Source: Candidatus Iainarchaeum sp. (lineage in GTDB: Archaea; Iainarchaeota; Iainarchaeia; Iainarchaeales; JAZDEL01). Taken from it: a DNA stretch of 32,000 nt. The position numbers and the translations under genes are program-made. The DNA lies in contig JAZDEL010000004.1 in assembly GCA_043808785.1 (NCBI GenBank), forward strand, positions 90,001 to 122,000. Direction: 5' to 3'. Below the pieces are notes generated by a model. It worked only from the letters and a program-made list of their open reading frames with translations, was not told where the DNA came from and did not search any database. Shown one piece after another: positions 22,882 through 29,800 of this stretch; position 1 is the stretch's first letter, and each line of letters starts with the position of its first letter.

Positions 22882-25800
22882 GTGGTTGTTATGCCGCGTG
22901 CAGTAAATGGCATTTTGCTTGATGTTGACTACGCAGCCGAGGGCGATGATGCGCGGCTCGGAATTTACGTGAAAACCAAAAGCGGAATCGAAAGGTTTGT
23001 GGAGAAAAACTTCAGGCCCTATTTTTACATAATTGCGGAAAGCGCCGTAGCGGAAAAAAAACTGCTTAAGGAACTGCCTGAAAAGGAATTCCCCGGCAAC
23101 ATAAAAATAACCGTGGTCGAGGCGGTTAAACGCAAAAATGCGGAGCACGTGCTGCGGCTTTCTTTCCGCAACACGGGCGAGTTGAGCTCGGCGAGGGAGC
23201 ACGTGCTGAAACTTCCGGGGGTGAGGGAAAGGCGCGAGTTCGACATACCTTTCGTGCGGCGCTACCTGATTGATTCCGGTTTAGAGCCGATGGGGGAAGT
23301 GGAACTAGGGGCAGGGGATGACGGCAGCATTGCATCCGCCAAGAACGCCAGCGGGGGCACTGCCTCGGCGAAAAACGCCGCAGCAGGCGGCAGCGCTGGC
23401 GGCGCGCTGAAGATGTGCGCATTCGATATAGAAACCTACACGCGCGGCGAGTTCCCCACGCCCGACAAGGATGCGGTAATTTCGATTTCATATGTCTGCG
23501 AAAACGGCGGAACCGTTTTCAGTTATGGTGAGGGCTGGGAAAAAGGCAAGGCAAACGCCGCGCACTGGGAAGGGCACGGCAAAAAGGGCGTCGAAGTGCT
23601 CAAGGACGAAAAGGAAATGTTAAAGGCTTTTGTTGATGCCGTGAAGCTCAGCGCCCCCGATGTGTTGGTTACATACAACGGCGACATGTTCGATTTCCCC
23701 TACCTCAAGGACAGGGCGAAAAAACTCGGCGTTAAGTTTGACATCGGCTTCGGCGGAACCGAGCCAATCTTCATCAAGAAAGGCATGGACAGCGCGGCAA
23801 GGCTGAAGGGAATACAGCACCTCGACGCTTACCAGGTCGTGCGCATACTCACGCGCATTGGGGCGCTGGATTTGATGAAGCTCGATTTGGAGAGCGTTGT
23901 GGAGGGAGTGTTCAAAAAGAAAAAGGAAAAGCTTCACCCCGATGACATGGCGAAACTTTGGCGCGAGAGGAAGGGGCTTGAGAGGCTTTCGGAGTACAAT
24001 TATGAGGATGCGTATTACACGCTGAAGATTGCGCAGGAGCACCTGCCGCTGTTTGCAGAACTCTCGCGCCTTGTAAGGCAGACGCTGTTCGACACAAGCA
24101 GGGCAATGAGTTCAACGCTTGTTGAGGCCCTGCTCATTGCGCGCGCATTCGAAACCAAAAGGCTGATTCCAAATAAGCCTGAGGAAGAGGATGTGAAAAG
24201 CCGCATGCTTCAGACCTTCAAGGGCGGGTATGTAAAGGAGCCCATAGCGGGACTGCACGAGAACATCGCGGTTTTGGATTTCCGCTCCCTGCACCCTTCC
24301 ATAATGATTTCACATAACGTCAGTCAGGAAACTTTGAAATGCGCGCACGCGGAATGCAAAAACGGAAAGAACCTTTCCCCCGACAAGGACTGGTTCTGCA
24401 CAAAAGAGAAAGGGTTAATTCCGGAAATGCTCGAAGACGTGCTGGATAAGAGGGTTGCGGCAAAAAAAGAAATGAAAAAGGCAAAGGAAGGTTCGCTCGA
24501 GCGCGCAACACTTGAGGCAAGGCAGCACGCGCTGAAAATTGTCCTGAACGCGACCTATGGTTCTTTGGGTTACGCGAGGTTCCGCTGGTACTCGCGCGAG
24601 GCTGCGAAGGCGGTTACGGCATGGAGCAGGCACTACATAAGGGAAACAATGCACTCCGCTGAGGAGGCGGGGTTCAAGGTGCTTTACGGAGACAGCATTA
24701 CTTCCGACAGGTTTGTCGTTGTGCAGAATCCGCTCGGGCATATCGAGGTCAGGGACATAGAGGGACTTTTCGCCGAGAGTGCGCACAAAGGAGTGCGCGC
24801 GGGGGGGAAAGAACAGGGCACGCTGAAAGGCTACAGGGCGCTCTCGTTGAATTTGCACAGCGGAGAGCCGGAATGGAAACCCATAACCTGCATAATAAGG
24901 CACAAGACAGGCAAGAAAGTTTTCAGGGCGTGGCAGAAATACGGCGAAACCCGCGTTACGGAAGACCATTCCCTCATAGTGCAGCGCGGCGGGGAAATTA
25001 AGGAGGCAAAGCCGCAGGAACTCAAAGGGGAACAGATGATAAGCGTCGGAATTCCGCGCGGAACCGAAAGCACGCTCAAGGAAATAGACCTTTTCGAAAT
25101 CATGAAAGGATACAGTTACGGCTCGAAATACAGGGGCATTGCAAAAACAAGCAGCATGCGCAGCGGCGGCGGATTTGTGTGGTTCGGCTGGATGAATAAA
25201 AAGAATCAAGTCAAAGTAAAAAGGAAAATCGCGGTTGAATCAGCGGAATTCGAGGCGCTGTGCAGGCTCCTCGGCGCATATGTTTCCGAGGGCAGTTCGT
25301 GCACGCGGGAAACGTGCGAAAAAAAGAAAGGGGCGAGCATAGCCTCGAGCGATGTGAAGTGGCTCGAGGCGCTGAAGCGCGATTACCACACGCTTTTCAT
25401 AAATGCGAAAACGTGCGTTATCCCGTCAATGGTTAAGGAACGGGTGCTGAACTACAAGGTGCGCGGGAAGGAGAAAACCGTGACATACAGGGATAACAGC
25501 CACAAGCTGCAGATGATGAACGAGACAAGCGCGGTATTTTTCAAAATGCTCTGCGGGCAGAAGAGTTACGGAAAAACGCTTCCTCAGTTCATATTCAATG
25601 CGCCTGACAAATACAAGAGAATTATGGTAAAAAAAATCCTTGAGGGCGACGGAAGCAGGAGCGTAAATGAGCGGCTCGGTTACAGCAAAGCCTACAAGGA
25701 AAGGTTCTTCAAGCTCGAGACAAAATCGCTCGGCCTTGCAAGCGGCCTCTCCCTGCTGCTCGAGCAGCTCGGGCAGAACCACACAATCCGCTACAGGCAG

Positions 25801-26649
25801 GAAAAGCAGACTTATTGCATAACCTCCTCATCAAAGCACAACAAAAAAATAATGACTAGGGTCTGGCGCGAACCTTACAGCGGGTTTGTTTACGATTTGG
25901 CTGTCGGGGGGAACAACAACTTCGTTGATGCGTGCGGCAGGATTCTGCTGCACAATACAGATTCAAGCCTCCTTTTGGTGCCAAAAGGAAAAACAAAAGA
26001 CGACGTGCTCGCGTTCATGGAAAAAATAAACAAGAAACTCCCCGGGGTTATGGAGCTCGAGTTCCAGGGAATGTACAGGCGCGGGATATTCGTGACAAAG
26101 CGCGAAGGAACCGCCGCAAAAAAAAGATACGCGCTCATAGATTTCAACGACAACATAAAAATCGTCGGGTTTGAATACGTGAGGCGTGATTGGGCGCGCG
26201 TTGCAAAGGAGACGCAGAGGGACGTGCTCTCAATTATCCTGAAGGAGGGGGACACACAAAAAGCGCTTGCCCTGCTCAGGCGCAGGGTTGCGGAACTGAA
26301 GGCGGGAAAAACCCCCAAAAGGGAACTTACAATAATGACGCAGATAACAAAGCCGCTGGGGAAGTATGCCTCCATAGGGCCGCACATTGCCGCCGCCAAA
26401 AAGGCGATTGCGCGCGGGAAGCAGTTGGGGATGGGCTCGCTCGTTTCGTACATAATCACAAAGAAGGGCAAGAGCATCAGCGACCGTGCGGAACTCGAGG
26501 AATTCGTGAAGGAAGGGGATTATGACGCGGATTATTACATAGAGAACCAGGTTGTGCCAGCGGTGCAGAAGATTTTCGCCGAGTTAGGGTATGCGCGCGA
26601 GGATTTGATTTCGGGGGGGAAGCAGGCGAGTTTGAGTTCGTTTTCGTGA
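22882..26649 (+). CDS. polB: family-B DNA polymerase (PolB), intein-containing precursor (about 834 aa extein plus 421 aa intein)
   Basis: Exo I FDIETY, Exo II YNGDMFDFPYL, Exo III YNYEDAYYT, motif A LDFRSLHPSIM, motif B KIVLNATYGSLGY, and motif C YGD//TDS split by the intein. The probable start is the ATG at 22891 (MPRAVNGILLDVDY); the ORF opens at GTG 22882. Confidence 0.95.
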   Translation: MVVMPRAVNGILLDVDYAAEGDDARLGIYVKTKSGIERFVEKNFRPYFYIIAESAVAEKKLLKELPEKEFPGNIKITVVEAVKRKNAEHVLRLSFRNTGELSSAREHVLKLPGVRERREFDIPFVRRYLIDSGLEPMGEVELGAGDDGSIASAKNASGGTASAKNAAAGGSAGGALKMCAFDIETYTRGEFPTPDKDAVISISYVCENGGTVFSYGEGWEKGKANAAHWEGHGKKGVEVLKDEKEMLKAFVDAVKLSAPDVLVTYNGDMFDFPYLKDRAKKLGVKFDIGFGGTEPIFIKKGMDSAARLKGIQHLDAYQVVRILTRIGALDLMKLDLESVVEGVFKKKKEKLHPDDMAKLWRERKGLERLSEYNYEDAYYTLKIAQEHLPLFAELSRLVRQTLFDTSRAMSSTLVEALLIARAFETKRLIPNKPEEEDVKSRMLQTFKGGYVKEPIAGLHENIAVLDFRSLHPSIMISHNVSQETLKCAHAECKNGKNLSPDKDWFCTKEKGLIPEMLEDVLDKRVAAKKEMKKAKEGSLERATLEARQHALKIVLNATYGSLGYARFRWYSREAAKAVTAWSRHYIRETMHSAEEAGFKVLYGDSITSDRFVVVQNPLGHIEVRDIEGLFAESAHKGVRAGGKEQGTLKGYRALSLNLHSGEPEWKPITCIIRHKTGKKVFRAWQKYGETRVTEDHSLIVQRGGEIKEAKPQELKGEQMISVGIPRGTESTLKEIDLFEIMKGYSYGSKYRGIAKTSSMRSGGGFVWFGWMNKKNQVKVKRKIAVESAEFEALCRLLGAYVSEGSSCTRETCEKKKGASIASSDVKWLEALKRDYHTLFINAKTCVIPSMVKERVLNYKVRGKEKTVTYRDNSHKLQMMNETSAVFFKMLCGQKSYGKTLPQFIFNAPDKYKRIMVKKILEGDGSRSVNERLGYSKAYKERFFKLETKSLGLASGLSLLLEQLGQNHTIRYRQEKQTYCITSSSKHNKKIMTRVWREPYSGFVYDLAVGGNNNFVDACGRILLHNTDSSLLLVPKGKTKDDVLAFMEKINKKLPGVMELEFQGMYRRGIFVTKREGTAAKKRYALIDFNDNIKIVGFEYVRRDWARVAKETQRDVLSIILKEGDTQKALALLRRRVAELKAGKTPKRELTIMTQITKPLGKYASIGPHIAAAKKAIARGKQLGMGSLVSYIITKKGKSISDRAELEEFVKEGDYDADYYIENQVVPAVQKIFAELGYAREDLISGGKQASLSSFS
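24694..25956 (+). mobile_element. intein with LAGLIDADG homing-endonuclease domain, inserted in PolB motif C
   Basis: Upstream junction is VLYGD/SITSDRFVVV (Ser1). Block B is VTEDHS (T..H). The two LAGLIDADG-type motifs are LLGAYVSEGS (about 25267-25296) and KILEGDGSRS (about 25630-25662). Block F is GFVYDLAVGGNNNFV. The C-terminal junction is RILLHN/TDSSLLLVP (HN plus Thr+1). Length is 1263 nt (421 aa), in frame. Confidence 0.9.
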
Positions 26650-26775
26650 GGCGCGCGGGCGGGGGGCAGGCATCCCTGAGTTCGTTTTCCTGAGGGGCGC
26701 CTGCACAAAAAAACAAAAAACCGCACGGCTGGTTCGCAGGGTTGGCGTGCCGCAACCGCCGCACGCAAAAAACCC

Positions 26776-26823
26776 GCGCTATTCGGGCCGTTGCCCGAAT
26801 GCGCGCATTTGCCTTTGGCAAAT
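26776..26823. repeat. second copy of the dual-palindrome element, upstream of the Cys-rich surface-protein gene
   Basis: GCGCTA-TTCGGGC-CGTT-GCCCGAA-TGCGCGCATTT-GCC-TTT-GGCAAAT has the same layout as 20472-20518, with both stems changed in a complementary way. Confidence 0.6.
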
Positions 26824-26838
26824 AGCGAACCAAAAAGG

Positions 26839-26849
26839 TTTATATATAT
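26839..26849 (+). promoter_or_regulatory. TATA-like box for the 26890 gene
   Basis: TTTATATATAT lies about 45 nt upstream of the GTG at 26890, with SD-like GGGGT/AGGGTG in between. Confidence 0.45.
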
Positions 26850-26889
26850 GGGAAGGGTAATCATATAGCGGATTCGGGGTTAAGGGTGC

Positions 26890-29800
26890 GTGGTAATTTT
26901 GGCGGGGAAAGGGGCGCTGCTGTTTGTTGCGGTTATTGCGGTTTGCCTTGCGGGGGCGGCGGGAATAGTTGCGACCAGCACAAGCATCCCGGGTTTCGGG
27001 TCCGGAGAATGGCAGGGCCCGGGAACACAGCCTGGCGGCGGCATTGACATAGGCGGGGGGGATATCGGCAACATAGGCGACGATATCATTACTGGAGATA
27101 CAATCCAAAATGGCGGGCCGTCGGTGTGCAAGTGGGGTACGCTGTGCATATGCGATTCCGTGGATACGTCGGGAAACACACTGACCTGCATAATAAGCAA
27201 GGATGCGACAATTTATGATGAAGACCCAGACTGCGATATCACAAAAAAAGAAAGCTGTTCTGCGAACATAAAAACTTTCTGGCAGCTCAGGTCCGCAAAT
27301 TATGCAAGTTACACACATGTGGTCTGGAAATTCGTAAACACAAAAAGCACGGAATTCAAGATTAAATCTCCGGCTTACGGCGAAACTTTTGCGGGAAAGA
27401 TATTCGGCTCCGGCGGCGTCAAGTTCGATATTGAAATGAACAACGCCGGCATATTTACGAACGGCAACTTCAGCATAACTGGCGCCAGCAACATTACGCT
27501 CGAGAACGGAAGCGACATATCCGCATTCGGAGGCGGGCTAACGCCAAATTTCGTCGAGATGGAGAGCATAGGCGGGGACCTGAAACTGACCGGCGGTTCG
27601 GCGATAAGGCGGTCTTTCAGGGGAAAGGGGGGCACATTTAGCGCAAACAACATAATTGTCGAAGACAGCGCAATTGCAAGCGAAGCAAGCGTGGTAAAGG
27701 GGGCAGGGGGGAAGATTGACGGCATCATAAAGGCAAACAACCTCATGCGGCTTAAAAACGAGCATTGCGGCACAGGATACTCGCCACAGGATTGCGAGGA
27801 TCCGCTTGGAGCGGGCAACCCTGATGTCGGATTTACCAAATTGAATACCTTTGAATTCCTCTCATACGACCCGTATGTGCCTCATAACGCGCAAAAACTT
27901 AACTACAGGATAGAAGCCGGAAGGCTTGAAATGCAAAACACAAACCTGAAGATTGCTTATAACGGCGAGGAGATACATGCCGGCGAACTTGATATGACGG
28001 ATTCGCGCATAGAGTGCATCGGGCAGGAGTCCTTAATAGACGACCCTGCAGAAAAAAACCCGATTGCTTATGACTGCACAATGTCGGTCACGGGCAATGC
28101 GGCAATAAAGGGGCGCCACAGCAACAGGAAAATAGCATATCCAAGCGACATAGAACTGCCAAAACGTTCGATAGACGGCTTCAAGACAATTAATGTAAGC
28201 GGAAACTTGGCGCTGAGTTCGGAGGCATACATATACAACCTCGGGAAGATTGACGATTGCTGGTCCCAGCCAAAGCAGAGTTCCAAAATAGGCAACACGC
28301 CACTGCAGGAAAAAGCGCTTACTGTCGGCGGCGCGCTGACAATGAACGGCTCGAGGATCGACGGCTGGGCGAATGTGGGGATTTCCGCCGGCTCAGCAAA
28401 ACTGGAGGGCATATTGTGGAATGCATACAGGAACGACGACTTGTATAATGACAGCCTGAACAAATTCACAATGTTCCCGTACGGCAGCACTGACGGCGTG
28501 CCGAATAATGATTACGATGATGAGGCAACTCTCTGGAATATTGCGAAGTTCAAGGTCGGCAACGGCTTCGCCGACAAGTTGGATATTAGCGGCGGGGCAA
28601 AGCTCATGAGGCTCGGCTACATCGGAGTTAAGGCTGTCGAGGTTGCGGGGGAATTCGCAACAGACAGCTCGACAACGCACTGCGAGACAGGCTGCGAGAT
28701 AAGCGCATGTTCCGCATCCGCCAAAGGCACGCCAAGCAAGTTTGAGGCGTGGTCGGGAAAGGGCGGGCAGAGCCTTGCGCTTACAACGTGCCCCGCGGCT
28801 TCGGATGACGACGGAAGCGGCAAAAAGTACAATGTTTCGGCGGGTGCGCTTACGGTAAAGTGCGAAACCGGAAACGAGCAATGCATTGAGAACATAAACT
28901 GGAACGGGACTCCGAAAATCGAGAAGAACACCGACTGCGGGAAGTGCGAGAGCAAGGATTTCAAATGCATCAAACCCATGACCGCCAATCCGGCAAGCCA
29001 GGCGGACACAGGCAAGTTCCCCACGGACATCAAAGCCCAATACACAAGCCCCATAGGGGCGAATAACATTTCCATTGACTGCTCAACCGATGCCGAAAAC
29101 CGGTTCCCCCCTGTAACCAAGAGCGGAAATACCGCAACCGCCCAGTGCATTTTCAAGGCACTCGGCAATCCCGGCTATGCCGTGCACAAGGTCAGCGAGA
29201 ACTACTGCGGCACCATCGATGTGCCGCACGGCACGCCTTACTGCTACGATATCACCGCCAACCCGAACTCCGAGCCGGATTTTAGCAAGGGGTTCCCGTC
29301 AACAGTAAAAGTCTTCTTCAAAGGCAAACCTACAAGCGCGGTCACGGTCGACTGCAACAACGGCACAAAATGGACAGTCACCGCCGACAAAATAAAGGAC
29401 GGCCCACTTGCCGGGGGAACGCCCGAATATTATTATGCGGAGGGCGTATGCACATATGCCCCGATTATGAACTACGACTGCGTCAAAAACTTCTACGACA
29501 ACATGAAATACAACATAAAGGCAAGCGGCGTCAGCCAGTCTTCGTCATGCATCGAACAGGTGCAGCACGGCACCTGCCTGGACACATGCCACCTCGAGCC
29601 GAAGGAGGTAAAGAAGTACAGCGGCGCGGCATTTACGCAGAATTTCACATATGTGCTTGAAAACACGAAGTCGAATTTCGAAGGCGCCGAGGTTGAGGTG
29701 AGCTGTGGGAACGGCAAGCCCGCATATAAGAACGGCAACCCTTCGGACCAGAAAATAACAATTTCCGGCGGAAAGGCGGAATTCACCTGCGCTTACGACA

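Noticed and set aside
22730-22882. Replication origin (ORB-like repeats plus A/T-rich stretch) next to polB.
   Set aside because: The repeats do not resemble the ORB/mini-ORB consensus as I remember it. There is no orc1/cdc6 gene in the window, and no extended A/T-rich unwinding element, only two short TATA-like boxes. Ordinary promoter or operator repeats are the simpler reading.
23330-23400. Low-complexity insert in the PolB N-terminal region (IASAKNASGGTASAKNAAAGGSAGG) with an internal SAKNA repeat.
   Set aside because: It is a short in-frame Gly/Ala/Ser linker expansion between conserved blocks, likely a tolerated surface loop. It was not considered a separate feature.
24415-25209. 264-aa minus-strand ORF inside polB and the intein. 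The same applies to 23126-23491, 23620-24042 and 25890-26477 (-).
   Set aside because: They are antisense to a frame containing all the PolB and intein signature motifs.
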